Under the pieces are notes generated by a model. The model was not told where the DNA came from, ran no database searches, and saw only the letters and a program-made list of their open reading frames with translations. A DNA stretch of 64,000 nt from Oscillospiraceae bacterium (GTDB taxonomy: Bacteria; Bacillota; Clostridia; UMGS1883; UMGS1540): positions 8,888 through 72,887 of the forward strand of contig SVJY01000004.1 of NCBI GenBank assembly GCA_015068765.1. Reading direction: 5' to 3'. The number at the start of each line of letters is the position of its first letter. The stretch's first letter is position 1. Made by a program: the position numbers and the translations under genes. Below, in pieces: positions 10,115 to 19,887 of this stretch.

Positions 10115-10942
10115 TTACCCTTGTCGGCTGTATTCCGTGGGCGTCATCCCTGTCCGCTTTTTAAAAAACTTAGAAAAATAGTTGACCGAGGAAAAGCCCA
10201 GAAAATCGGATATTTCCGTAAAATTCATGTTGCTGGATAGGATAAGCGTTTTCGCCGTTTGTTCTTTGAGGCTAAAAAAGTGTTCCATGATGCTCTCCTG
10301 CATTTCTTTTTTATAGCACTTCATTAAAACATTCGGGCTTTCGCTCAGCATAGATGCGATTTCCTCGATACTGACGCTGGAAAAACGTCTTTCCTCCAAA
10401 ATAGCATTGATACGGCGTACCTTTTCCGACATGATATTTTTGCTGTTACTTTTTTCGTTTTCTCCTTTAGATGTAAAAACGCCGCAAAGTCTGCCGTAAA
10501 GCCGTATCAGAAGATTTTCCAATCCGGAAGAAACGAGCTCCGCCCGAAGGGGATTGGGTTTTGTCTCTCTGCAAAAATCCGCCGCCTCTTTGATCAGCTC
10601 CGAAAGTATAGCTTTTTCCTTACCGTCTAAGGTAATCGCCTGTTTGGGGAAAAAGCTCATTTTTTTACTGTGACATATAAAATCAATAATCCCAACATAC
10701 AGCGTACAGTCATCGGGATATAGCATGACGGATTTTTTACCCGGCGGTCGAAAAACCACCTGCCCTGCTGATACCGTCTCTTCCTTTCCGTCCCGGAGAA
10801 TCTGCATCTGCCCACGGCTGACATAGAAAAGTTGCCAGAACGGATATTGCTCCTCATAGGGTTTTTTGATGACGGCAAGCGGACGGTAATCGTAGGCTTG
10901 AATAATCGTATGTACTGTAAAGGTTTTCTTTATTTTTATCAT
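10115..10942 (-). CDS. AraC family transcriptional regulator (cupin + AraC HTH)
   Basis: N-terminal cupin-like sensor and C-terminal AraC-type double HTH (SIEEIASMLSESPNVLMKCYKKE ... GFSSVNYFSKFFKKRTGMTPTEY). Confidence 0.8.
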   Translation of the reverse strand: MIKIKKTFTVHTIIQAYDYRPLAVIKKPYEEQYPFWQLFYVSRGQMQILRDGKEETVSAGQVVFRPPGKKSVMLYPDDCTLYVGIIDFICHSKKMSFFPKQAITLDGKEKAILSELIKEAADFCRETKPNPLRAELVSSGLENLLIRLYGRLCGVFTSKGENEKSNSKNIMSEKVRRINAILEERRFSSVSIEEIASMLSESPNVLMKCYKKEMQESIMEHFFSLKEQTAKTLILSSNMNFTEISDFLGFSSVNYFSKFFKKRTGMTPTEYSRQG

Positions 10943-11073
10943 GCCGAATCTCCTGTTGGCAGTATCGTACCAAAAATATGTGATATTTTACGTAGATTTT
11001 TGCCGGTATATGTTTTATAATTATTTTAGAATAAAGCTTGGCTTTTGTCAAGTAAAAAAAGGAGATAAATAAA

Positions 11074-12117
11074 ATGGAACAAAAAAAGGTACGTTTGGCC
11101 ATTGTGGGAACCGGCTCTATTTCCCACATTCATGCCAAAGCCATGCAACCCCTTACGGAAGCAGAGCTTGTTGCAATCTGCGATATGCACACAGAGCAAA
11201 TTGAAAAATTCACCCGGGTGTTCCCGATGGAAAAGAAAGATTGCTATACCAATCTTGACGAAATGCTGCAGCGTGCAGATATTGACGCTGTTATCATCTG
11301 CACCCCGGACACGTCCCATTGCGATATTACCGTACGTGCAATGCGCGCCGGGAAAGATGTACTCTGTGAAAAACCCATGACACTGGATATTGACGAGTGC
11401 CGGGAAATGGTACGGGTGGCAGAGGAAACCGGACGGCGTCTCATGGTCGGACAGGTCTGCCGCAAAGCGCCCGGCTTTATCAAGGCGAAAGAACTCATAG
11501 ATAACGGCGTTATCGGCGAAGTATTCTTTGTGGAATCCGAATACGCTCACGATTACCTGGGCAACTCCGGCGTGGACGATTGGCGAAAAAGCCCGGAGCG
11601 TCATCCGATTATCGGCGGCGGTTGCCATGCGGTCGATCTTCTCCGCTGGCTTGCCGGAGACCCCACAGAAGTTTTTGCGTACGCAAACCACAAAATGCTT
11701 CCTGAATGGCCCGTGGATGACTGCGTGGTATCCGTTATGAAATTCCCGAACAACGTCATCGGAAAGGTGTTTACTTCCATAGGATGCAAACGTCTTTACA
11801 CCATGAGAACAGTTATCTACGGTTCAGAGGGCACAATTATTACTGACAATACAAGCAATCACCTCTCCCTTTTCCGTTCCAACGCTGCAACACCGGATGC
11901 AGCCTTCTCGGTCAATCAGGGTATGGAGCTAAAAATCCCCGTAAGTATTTCCTCGCATAATATGATAGAAGAAATCCGGGATTTCTGTACATCCATTCTG
12001 AATGACACTCCCCTTTCTCCCGACGGAAAGCAGGGCCTTTTCACCGTTGCCGTATGTGATGCTATCGTTCGTTCCAGCAAGGAAGGCAACGCCGTTACTG
12101 TAGATTACACCGTATAA
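11074..12117 (+). CDS. Gfo/Idh/MocA family NAD(P)-dependent oxidoreductase
   Basis: N-terminal Rossmann fold (LAIVGTGSISHIHA), EKP motif (VLCEKPM), C-terminal alpha/beta domain. RBS AAAAAGGAG. Confidence 0.85.
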   Translation: MEQKKVRLAIVGTGSISHIHAKAMQPLTEAELVAICDMHTEQIEKFTRVFPMEKKDCYTNLDEMLQRADIDAVIICTPDTSHCDITVRAMRAGKDVLCEKPMTLDIDECREMVRVAEETGRRLMVGQVCRKAPGFIKAKELIDNGVIGEVFFVESEYAHDYLGNSGVDDWRKSPERHPIIGGGCHAVDLLRWLAGDPTEVFAYANHKMLPEWPVDDCVVSVMKFPNNVIGKVFTSIGCKRLYTMRTVIYGSEGTIITDNTSNHLSLFRSNAATPDAAFSVNQGMELKIPVSISSHNMIEEIRDFCTSILNDTPLSPDGKQGLFTVAVCDAIVRSSKEGNAVTVDYTV

Positions 12118-12133
12118 CGAAAGGAGATATCTT

Positions 12134-13429
12134 ATGTTACAAGCAGGTTTTGCAAGACTGGATGTCACACCGCCCCTCGGAAGCTTTGTTGCCGGTCATT
12201 TTCGCGACAGATTTGCAAAAGAGGTGCTTGACCCCATTACGCTCAACGCTCTTGCAGTAAATGACGGGAAAGAAACTGTGCTGATTATCAGTGCAGACTT
12301 TCTGCTGATTCTTATGAAAAATGCGGATGTAATCCGGAACATCATTTCCGAAAGAGTCAATATTCCGGCACAGAATATCATGCTTTGCTGCTTGCATCAG
12401 CATTCGTCTATTGTATTAGGGGAAAATGTATTAGGAAAAAGCCGACGTAGCACTCTTCAAGACCGGGCATATATAGATGTGCTCTATCGCAAGTTTGCGG
12501 ATGTAGCACAGCTGGCAGTGCAGGATTTAAAGGACGCAGAGCTGGGTACAGCCATTTTGCCCACCGAAGAACCGCTTTCATTCGTTCGCAGATACGTTAT
12601 GAAGGATGGTACGATTGCAACCAATCCGGGCGGCAGACGAGGTGAAATTGTCAGACCCTGTGATGAGGCCGACAACAACGTACGTCTTTGTCGCTTCAAG
12701 AGAAAAGACGGAAACGATATTGCACTGGTAAACTTCTCCACCCATGCAGACACCATCCACAAGGAACTCTTTTCTGCCGACTGGCCGGGTTTTGTGCGCC
12801 GCTATGTGGAGCAGGATTTGGAGAGTGTGTCCTGTATCGTAACAGTGGGTGCCCAAGGTGACACCAATCATGTGGAATTTATGGCTGAAAAAATCCGCGA
12901 CGGCTATGGTCATACCGACCATATGGGACGGGTGATTGCAAACAGTGTTTTGAAAATGTGGGATTGCACAGAAGAAAGAACAGTGGAAAAAATCACTTCT
13001 GAAATTGATATTGTGTATAACAGGACACGTACCGAAGGCGAAGAACGGTACGATGCCTGCAAAAAGCTTCTGGATGACTATCATGCAAATCCTTCCGATA
13101 TTGATATAACAATACTTGGTGAAGCCACCCGCATTGTCAAGCTCAGAAACCAGACCATATACCAAAAAATTCCTGTAACGGTCATCAATATGGGCGATGT
13201 GGGGTTTGTGGGCTTTGGCGGTGAACCGTTCACCCAGTATACAAGGGCAATACAGGATGCCTGTCCGGATCGGTTTATTATCTTCTCTTGCTGCTCAAAC
13301 GGTGGCGAAGGCTATCTTCCTACTGCGAAGGCCTTTGAAGAAGGCGGTTATGAAACGGGCTCCTCTCCTTTTTCCCCGTGCCTTGAAGAGGATTGTGTAC
13401 AGATGGCGGTTACGCTTCTAAATAAATAG
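12134..13429 (+). CDS. Hypothetical hydrolase, neutral/alkaline ceramidase N-terminal-domain-like
   Basis: N-terminal ARLDVTPPLGSFVAGHF resembles the ceramidase ADITP...MAGY motif. 431 aa. Operonic with the Gfo/Idh/MocA gene. Functional call is weak. Confidence 0.45.
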   Translation: MLQAGFARLDVTPPLGSFVAGHFRDRFAKEVLDPITLNALAVNDGKETVLIISADFLLILMKNADVIRNIISERVNIPAQNIMLCCLHQHSSIVLGENVLGKSRRSTLQDRAYIDVLYRKFADVAQLAVQDLKDAELGTAILPTEEPLSFVRRYVMKDGTIATNPGGRRGEIVRPCDEADNNVRLCRFKRKDGNDIALVNFSTHADTIHKELFSADWPGFVRRYVEQDLESVSCIVTVGAQGDTNHVEFMAEKIRDGYGHTDHMGRVIANSVLKMWDCTEERTVEKITSEIDIVYNRTRTEGEERYDACKKLLDDYHANPSDIDITILGEATRIVKLRNQTIYQKIPVTVINMGDVGFVGFGGEPFTQYTRAIQDACPDRFIIFSCCSNGGEGYLPTAKAFEEGGYETGSSPFSPCLEEDCVQMAVTLLNK

Positions 13430-13535
13430 TCAAGACCGCCCGTGCTCTTCACCTACCCGGTTATGGCAAATTAATTCCGGCGACATCCTTTTGATTTGTG
13501 TTATGTACACTTTGCCGGAATGTGCATAAAAGATA

Positions 13536-13565
13536 GGGTCTGCGACAGAATCATGTCGCAGACCC
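13536..13565. repeat. Perfect 30-bp palindrome GGGTCTGCGACAGAATCATGTCGCAGACCC (copy 1)
   Basis: 11-bp stems with an 8-nt loop. An identical copy lies at 13806-13835. Confidence 0.8.
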
Positions 13566-13566
13566 T

Positions 13567-13703
13567 CAGACTGTCGAAAAACTTGCTCTATCGCAAGAAT
13601 ACTTTTATAAACGCTTTTTATTCCATTTTCAATCATTAAACATTTTAAATTTTTAAAGACGGAGATTCATCGAGAATCTCCGTCTTTTCTTGCTTTTTAC
13701 GAA
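13567..13703 (+). repeat. ~137-bp intergenic repeat element, copy 1, ending in an intrinsic terminator
   Basis: About 95% identical to 16126-16262. Ends in hairpin GACGGAGATTC-atcga-GAATCTCCGTC plus TTTTCTTGCTTTTT. Confidence 0.8.
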
Positions 13704-13805
13704 ATCTTTCTCTGACGTACCATTGTACGCCGACGAAAACGATTTCGTAAAATATATCTACGTTTTTCGATATCTGCCAGCGTGTCGACTTTATCGACAC
13801 GCTGA

Positions 13806-13835
13806 GGGTCTGCGACAGAATCATGTCGCAGACCC
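13806..13835. repeat. Second identical copy of the 30-bp GGGTCTGCGAC...GTCGCAGACCC palindrome, followed by TTTT
   Basis: Exact repeat of 13536-13565. Sits just downstream of the minus-strand SDR gene. Confidence 0.8.
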
Positions 13836-13845
13836 TTTTAAATCC

Positions 13846-14544
13846 TTAAATAACAAATCCACCGTTTGGAGCAATAACCTGTCCGGTTAAAAAGCGTGCT
13901 TCGGCGGCATACAGCACCGCCTCTGCCACATCGTGAGGCGTTCCCATGCGTCCCAGCGGCGTTTCTTCTTCCAAAGCTCTTTTATCCGCTTCCGAAAACC
14001 CTGCCATCATATCCGTTGCAATTACGCCCGGCGAAACACAGTTTACCCGGATGCCGGAGGGACCCAGTTCCTTGGCGAGAGCCCGTGTCATACCAATCAA
14101 TGCCGCCTTTGCGGCAGAATAATGCACCTCACAGGATGCTCCAACCTGTCCCCACATAGAGGCAACATTAACAATGCTCCCTTCTTTTTCTCGGAGCATT
14201 GCAGGCAAGAACGCCTGACAAAGACGAAATGCACCCTTGACGTGCACGTCAAACATTTCGTCCCATTCCTCTTCCGTAATCTCCGTAAACAGCTTCTGGG
14301 CGGCAATCCCCGCATTATTCACAAGCACATCCGCCCTGCCCACCGTCTCGGCAAAGGTGCGAACGGAATCGCTTTGGCATACATTGACAGGCAGGGGCAT
14401 GCCCCCAATTTCCCGTGCCAATGCTTCCGCGCTTTCTTCAGAGCGGTTATAACCGATGATCACACGGTAGCCTGCCGCCGCAAACCGTCTGCAGATTCCG
14501 CTGCCGATGCCGCCTGCACCGCCGGTAATGACAACTGTTTTCAT
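13846..14544 (-). CDS. SDR family oxidoreductase (FabG-like)
   Basis: TGGAGGIG cofactor motif, NNAG, YxxxK catalytic motif (YSAAK). Start at MKTVVITGG with GGAGGAAG RBS. Confidence 0.85.
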   Translation of the reverse strand: MKTVVITGGAGGIGSGICRRFAAAGYRVIIGYNRSEESAEALAREIGGMPLPVNVCQSDSVRTFAETVGRADVLVNNAGIAAQKLFTEITEEEWDEMFDVHVKGAFRLCQAFLPAMLREKEGSIVNVASMWGQVGASCEVHYSAAKAALIGMTRALAKELGPSGIRVNCVSPGVIATDMMAGFSEADKRALEEETPLGRMGTPHDVAEAVLYAAEARFLTGQVIAPNGGFVI

Positions 14545-14653
14545 ATGCTTCCTCCGATAATATCCTAAATCCGAATACAACAAATCAACCATAAGCCTTC
14601 GGCTATGGCTGATTCAAATGCTGTTCGTTCAGAAAATGACCTTCAAGAATCGC

Positions 14654-14920
14654 TTAGGCGGCAACGGCCTTGAACTTGAGAGCCATCTGCGACTTTTTAC
14701 GCGATGCAGTGTTCTTATGCAGAACGCCCTTTGCAACGGCCTGATCCAGCTTCTTTACTGCATAGCGGTATGCTTCTGCGGCTACGGCTGCATCCTTGCT
14801 TGCTGCTGCAATCTCAAAGCGTTTAATTGCTGTTTTCAGTGCAGACTTAATCATCTGATTACGCAGCGTCTTCTTTTCGATTACTCTTACTCTTTTCTTA
14901 GCAGACTTAATATTAGGCAT
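14654..14920 (-). CDS. rpsT: 30S ribosomal protein S20
   Basis: [14 protein letters not shown]-terminus. 88 aa, basic. RBS GGAGGTGAAATC upstream of the internal ATG. Confidence 0.92.
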   Translation of the reverse strand: MPNIKSAKKRVRVIEKKTLRNQMIKSALKTAIKRFEIAAASKDAAVAAEAYRYAVKKLDQAVAKGVLHKNTASRKKSQMALKFKAVAA

Positions 14921-15118
14921 GATTTCACCTCCTAAAATAGTGACTATGATAGTATAACACATCTTTTTACAAAAAGCAAGTGATTTTTGAAAATTTTTGA
15001 AATTTTCTTATTTACCAAAATTTTCCGTGTGTAATTTTGGCGTAAATACACATACTGTAAACGGAATCAAGTACGGCAACGGTAAATTTTTTACTTTACA
15101 TTTTGCCGAAAAAAGGAG

Positions 15119-15337
15119 TTGGATTTTTTGGATAACACTGCACTTGTACTTGTGATTCTCGGAGCACTGAACTGGGGTGCCATCGGTCTCTTTGGCGTGG
15201 ATATCCTGGGCACGCTGTTAGGCGGCCAGGCCTCCGTTCTCGCCCGCATCGTCTTTTCCGTTGTGGGTCTGGCAGGTCTCTGGAGCATCACCCTTTTATT
15301 CAAGGAAAAACTGCCGGCAAATCATCGTTCGGAGTAA
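15119..15337 (+). CDS. DUF378 family small membrane protein
   Basis: ALVLVILGALNWGAIGLFGVDILG motif. Probable true start is TTG at 15128, 9 nt after the AAGGAG RBS. Confidence 0.7.
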   Translation: MDFLDNTALVLVILGALNWGAIGLFGVDILGTLLGGQASVLARIVFSVVGLAGLWSITLLFKEKLPANHRSE

Positions 15338-15405
15338 TTCCATCGCTGTAAAATGATTTTTTCATTTTACAGCCCCTACATACCCTCTGAAAGGCGGTGC
15401 CCCTC

Positions 15406-16056
15406 ATGCAGGAAGAAAAGGCGAACCAGATGCTGGAAAGCGGCAGTGCGGATATACGGTCTCCTCGTGGAAACCTCCATTGCATGACAGTGATTGGACA
15501 GATTGAAGGGCACATGCTGCTCCCACCCCAGAACAAAACCACCAAATACGAGCACGTTATCCCCCATCTGGCGGCCATTGAGGAGAGCACCGAAACGGAC
15601 GGGCTCCTGCTGATTTTAAATACCATGGGCGGCGATGTAGAAGCAGGGCTTGCCATATCGGAGATGATTGCCGGTATGAAAAAGCCTACAGTCTCGCTGG
15701 TGCTGGGCGGCGGACACAGCATCGGTGTTCCCCTCGCTGTTTCTGCAGATTTTTCCTTCATCACCCCCACCGCCACCATGACACTGCATCCCATTCGTTA
15801 CAGTGGCACGGTGGTTGGTGCACCGCAGACCTTTGCCTATCTCAGCCGGATGCAAGAACGCGTCATCCGGTTTGTAACCTCCCATTCCGGAATGTCGGAT
15901 GAGGATTTCCGCCGTATGATTCTGACCACCGGTGAGCTTTTAGGGGATGTGGGTACTGTGCTTATGGGAAGCGACGCCGTAGACTGTGGGCTTATCGACT
16001 GTGTGGGCGGTCTGTCCGACGCACTGGACAAATTGTACGGTATGATTCAAAAATAA
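15406..16056 (+). CDS. ClpP-family serine peptidase-like protein (TepA-like)
   Basis: ClpP/crotonase fold motifs ([22 protein letters not shown]). RBS AAAGGCGG. Start taken at MQEEKANQ. Confidence 0.7.
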   Translation: MQEEKANQMLESGSADIRSPRGNLHCMTVIGQIEGHMLLPPQNKTTKYEHVIPHLAAIEESTETDGLLLILNTMGGDVEAGLAISEMIAGMKKPTVSLVLGGGHSIGVPLAVSADFSFITPTATMTLHPIRYSGTVVGAPQTFAYLSRMQERVIRFVTSHSGMSDEDFRRMILTTGELLGDVGTVLMGSDAVDCGLIDCVGGLSDALDKLYGMIQK

Positions 16057-16103
16057 CCTCTATGACCGAGCGAAGTGTTCACGTTCGGTCTTTTTGTAAA
16101 GTA

Positions 16104-16125
16104 AAACCACGCATTTGCGTGGTTT
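16104..16125. repeat. Perfect 22-bp palindrome AAACCACGCATTTGCGTGGTTT preceding repeat copy 2
   Basis: 10-bp stems, occupying the same position relative to the conserved repeat as the 13536 palindrome. Confidence 0.7.
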
Positions 16126-16262
16126 CAGACTGTCGAAAAACTTGCTCTACCGCAAGAATACTTTTATAAACGCTTTTTATTCCATTTTCAATCATTAAAC
16201 ATTTTAACTTTTGAAAGACGGAGATTCAACGAGAATCCCCGTCTTTTCTTGCTTTTTACGAA
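16126..16262 (+). repeat. ~137-bp intergenic repeat element, copy 2, with terminator hairpin
   Basis: About 95% identical to 13567-13703. Again lies between a + strand gene end and a - strand gene end. Confidence 0.8.
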
Positions 16263-16304
16263 GGTGTAAGCTACGGCATATATACTGTGCTGAATATAAG
16301 GGCT

Positions 16305-16748
16305 TTATTCTTCGTCGTCCCCATCCGGCACGAGGGTTGTCAGCGTCGCCTCATATCGCCGGAGTGCCGCAGCCGCCTGAAGACGCAGTGTGCGAATCTC
16401 GTTTCGCAATGCCGTCATCTGCTCTTCTAATTGGACAGCCTCTTTTTCCTTTTCCAGGACAATTTCTTTTCCCTTTTCTCTTGCGGCTTCCAAAAGGGCG
16501 TCTGCTTCACGCTGGGCGGCAATCACAGCCCTGGAAACAGAATCCCGTTCCGATTCCATCTCCGAAACCCTTGCAAACAGCTTCGCATTTTCCTGTACTG
16601 CCGCCGCCGCTTCTGCCTTCGCCGCCTTTGTAGCCTCCTGCTCCTGTACCAGCATGTCTTCGTACCGCTTCACCATTGCATCGATATAGGACGCAACATC
16701 TTCCCTTTTATATCCGCCCATGGTTTTCCGAAGTTGTAATTCTTCCAT
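16305..16748 (-). CDS. DivIVA-domain coiled-coil protein
   Basis: MEELQLRKTMGGYKREDVASYID DivIVA N-terminal motif, long coiled coil. RBS AAAGGAA. Confidence 0.7.
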   Translation of the reverse strand: MEELQLRKTMGGYKREDVASYIDAMVKRYEDMLVQEQEATKAAKAEAAAAVQENAKLFARVSEMESERDSVSRAVIAAQREADALLEAAREKGKEIVLEKEKEAVQLEEQMTALRNEIRTLRLQAAAALRRYEATLTTLVPDGDDEE

Positions 16749-16788
16749 AACCGTTCCTTTCTTCCGTCGCAATCACTGCGTCGAAGCT

Positions 16789-18237
16789 TTATTTTTCCAG
16801 TAGTGCAATACCGCTTCTGATACGGCGGAGACTCTCCTCCCGTCCCAGAATTGCCGCAAGCTCTATGCCACCGCCGGGTGTAAAGGCTTTACCGGAAAGG
16901 GCTGTGCGAAGTGGCCACAAAATGATACCGTTTTTCACTTCCATCTTTTTTGCAAGACCTAAAAGTGCGTCATGCAGGACATCCTTTGTCCAGCTCTCTA
17001 TGCCCTCCAATACGGGCAAAATTGCCCGAAGCGAAACGAGAGAATTCTCCGTATCCGTTTTCATCTTCTTATGGCAATATAATTCCTTATCATAGTCGGG
17101 CACAGCGTCAATAAAGTCAATCTGCTCCGTAATATCACAAAGACGCTCTGTACGCTGCTGAAGCACCTCACTGAGAAGCTCCAGGTTCACATCTTGATGA
17201 ATACTCTTTTCATAGTAGGGCAATGCCTTCTGATGAAATTCCTCCGGCGACAGGGCACGGATATATTCCCCGTTCAGCCAGCGAAGCTTTGCCTCATCGA
17301 AAATGGCAGGAGACTTGCTGATGCCCTTTACGTCAAACAGGCGAATCATATCTTCAAGGCTCATAACCTCCCGTTCATCGCCGGGGCTCCAGCCGAGAAG
17401 GGCAATGTAGTTTAGAACCGCTTCCTTCAGATAGCCCTTTTCCACAAAATCCGCATAAGAGGCATCGCCCTCACGCTTGGAAAGCTTTTTGTGGGCGTCC
17501 TTCATAATGGCACTGCAGTGGATATACTGCGGAATTTCCCAGCCGAAGGCTTCGTACAGAAGATTGTATTTCGGCGTAGAGGACAGATATTCACTGCCCC
17601 GGACCACATGGGTAATGCCCATCAGGTGGTCGTCAATTACGTTTGCGAAGTTATAGGTGGGCATACCGTCCGACTTCAGCAAAATGGCATCGTCCAGCGT
17701 TTCGTTCGGGGCCGTAATGGTGCCGAATACCGCATCGTCGAAAGAGGTTGTGCCCTCTCTCGGAATCTTCTGCCGGATCACATAGGGCTCACCGGCGGCG
17801 ATGCGTGCCTGTACCTCTTCTTTGGATAAGGCGGCACAGCGTCCGTCATATTTAGAAGGGATTTTCAAGGCCTCCTGCTTTTGCCGAAGCTCGTCAAGGC
17901 GTTCCTTGGTGCAGAAGCAATAGTAAGCACCACCCTTTTTCACCAGCTCTTCCGCATATTTTTTATAAATGTCCATACGTTCGCTCTGCACATAGGGACC
18001 GTATTCGCCGCCCACGTCCGGACCTTCATCATGGACAAGACCGGTTTCTGCCAGCGTCTGGTAAATTAGGTCCACCGCACCGTCCACATACCGTTCACGG
18101 TCGGTATCCTCAATGCGAAGAATGAAATCGCCACCCTGTGCCTTTGCCAGAAGATAGGCATACAGTGCTGTACGCAGGTTGCCGATGTGCATATAGCCTG
18201 TGGGGCTGGGGGCAAAGCGGGTTCTTATTTTCGTCAT
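16789..18237 (-). CDS. gltX: Glutamate--tRNA ligase
   Basis: [24 protein letters not shown] motif and KMSKR KMSKS motif. 482 aa. Confidence 0.93.
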   Translation of the reverse strand: MTKIRTRFAPSPTGYMHIGNLRTALYAYLLAKAQGGDFILRIEDTDRERYVDGAVDLIYQTLAETGLVHDEGPDVGGEYGPYVQSERMDIYKKYAEELVKKGGAYYCFCTKERLDELRQKQEALKIPSKYDGRCAALSKEEVQARIAAGEPYVIRQKIPREGTTSFDDAVFGTITAPNETLDDAILLKSDGMPTYNFANVIDDHLMGITHVVRGSEYLSSTPKYNLLYEAFGWEIPQYIHCSAIMKDAHKKLSKREGDASYADFVEKGYLKEAVLNYIALLGWSPGDEREVMSLEDMIRLFDVKGISKSPAIFDEAKLRWLNGEYIRALSPEEFHQKALPYYEKSIHQDVNLELLSEVLQQRTERLCDITEQIDFIDAVPDYDKELYCHKKMKTDTENSLVSLRAILPVLEGIESWTKDVLHDALLGLAKKMEVKNGIILWPLRTALSGKAFTPGGGIELAAILGREESLRRIRSGIALLEK

Positions 18238-18251
18238 GTTACAAATCTCCT

Positions 18252-18707
18252 TTATTTTTCCGTCAAAAGCTTACGAAGCTCCTGCATAAATGTATTGATA
18301 TCTTTAAACTGACGGTATACAGAGGCAAAGCGTACATACGCCACCTCATCAATCCCCTTCAGCTGTTCCATAACCAGATCCCCGATTCGGGAAGAAGTAA
18401 TTTCCCGATCCAGAGAGTTCTGGATGATGTTCTCAATGGTAGAGACCATATTTTCCATGATTTCTACGGAAACAGGCCGTTTTTCACAAGCCTTGACAAT
18501 GCCGTGCATCAGTTTTTCCCGGTCAAAGGGCTCTCTGCCCTTATCCTTTTTGATGACCATAATGGGAACGCCCTCGATTTTCTCGTAGGTCGTAAACCGC
18601 CGCTTACACGCCATACATTCCCGACGGCGTCGAATCGCGGCACCTTCCTCCGTAGGACGAGAATCCAGCACCTTGCTGTCCTGCGTATCACAATAGGGAC
18701 ACTTCAT
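18252..18707 (-). CDS. nrdR: Transcriptional repressor NrdR
   Basis: [17 protein letters not shown] zinc ribbon plus ATP-cone domain. 151 aa. Confidence 0.93.
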   Translation of the reverse strand: MKCPYCDTQDSKVLDSRPTEEGAAIRRRRECMACKRRFTTYEKIEGVPIMVIKKDKGREPFDREKLMHGIVKACEKRPVSVEIMENMVSTIENIIQNSLDREITSSRIGDLVMEQLKGIDEVAYVRFASVYRQFKDINTFMQELRKLLTEK

Positions 18708-18743
18708 ACTTTGTACGCTTCCTTTCTACGATAAACGCAAAAA

Positions 18744-19181
18744 TTAGTATGCAGAGGGTTCAATTTTATGCACCCGTGCGGCGTGTCTGCCGCCCAAAAA
18801 TTCTGCTTCAAGCCATGCATCCACGCATGCCGCCGCCAGTGCACCGCCGGTCACCCTGCCGCCAAAGCACAGGATGTTTGCATTGTTGTGCTCTGTGGCA
18901 AGTCTTGCAGAAACCGGTTCCGAAACCAGTGCCGCCCGGATCCCTGCATATTTATTTGCGGCAATGGAAATGCCGATGCCTGTTCCGCAACATAAAATTC
19001 CTTTTTCGCAATCGCCGGACAGAATTTTCTGCACAGCGATTCTGGCATAGTCCGGATAGTCACAGGACTGTCCGTCACAGCCGATATCGACAAACGGAAT
19101 TTCCTTTTCCTTCAGATACGCCTTCAGGTATTCCTTTAATTCATATCCACCATGATCGCTACCAATTACTATCATTGTCAT
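18744..19181 (-). CDS. rpiB: Ribose-5-phosphate isomerase B
   Basis: IGSDHGGYELK and GILCCGTGIGISIAANK motifs. 145 aa. Confidence 0.9.
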   Translation of the reverse strand: MTMIVIGSDHGGYELKEYLKAYLKEKEIPFVDIGCDGQSCDYPDYARIAVQKILSGDCEKGILCCGTGIGISIAANKYAGIRAALVSEPVSARLATEHNNANILCFGGRVTGGALAAACVDAWLEAEFLGGRHAARVHKIEPSAY

Positions 19182-19230
19182 TCTCCCACTCTTTATTATG
19201 TAACATTTTATTTATAAACATATCCACCAC

Positions 19231-19884
19231 TTAATTAACAAAAAGTTTTTTGCGTCTATCAAAATATTTTCGGTTTAGACTACAATAAATTATATTTGCC
19301 ATTATTGTTGCACATATATTTAATACCGAAATTTTTTCAAATAATATAATACCTATAAAAATATTATAAACAACATAACATACAACCTCGAATGTAACCA
19401 AGTCCACAAAAAGTCTCGGGGCCTCTTTTTCAAACTTTGCTAATTTAAACCTCACTATAACCATACATACAGCGAAAAACAGACGAGAAATCCCATATAC
19501 GAAAACAAACCCCTTCAACCATTGAAACGCATTATAACTTATATCGGGTAAAATAATTAAGCGTACCATATTTACAAATATTATCAAACTCATTAACCCA
19601 TCGGACAGCAAAAGAAGCACGTCTTTCCAAAGAGAAAAGTAAATCAGATAATTAAACCAGCGCATCGAGAACAATGGTTCTTCTGGTTTAGAAGCGTTTG
19701 TCTCCGTATTTTGTTGTTCAACAGCTTTATCTATCTGTAATTCCTGTTGTTCTTCCTCTTGAACAACTGAAGTAGGCAAATTCATCATTTCTTCTTTGCT
19801 TACAAATCGTATTTCATTCTTAAGTTTCGCATATACTGCACCTTTTGGTAAAACCACGGCTTGTTTTTTCTTGTTCTTAAACAT
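19231..19884 (-). CDS. Hypothetical membrane protein in an AT-rich, probably foreign, segment
   Basis: Roughly 33% GC versus 55-58% in flanks. Lys-rich N-terminus, acidic linker, ~4 predicted TM helices. Wedged between tsaB and rpiB. Confidence 0.5.
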   Translation of the reverse strand: MFKNKKKQAVVLPKGAVYAKLKNEIRFVSKEEMMNLPTSVVQEEEQQELQIDKAVEQQNTETNASKPEEPLFSMRWFNYLIYFSLWKDVLLLLSDGLMSLIIFVNMVRLIILPDISYNAFQWLKGFVFVYGISRLFFAVCMVIVRFKLAKFEKEAPRLFVDLVTFEVVCYVVYNIFIGIILFEKISVLNICATIMANIIYCSLNRKYFDRRKKLFVN

Positions 19885-19887
19885 CCG

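Noticed and set aside
13430-13636. 68-aa minus-strand ORF within the intergenic repeat
   Set aside because: It lies inside a duplicated, hairpin-rich non-coding element with a terminator. No RBS. Not conserved as an ORF in copy 2.
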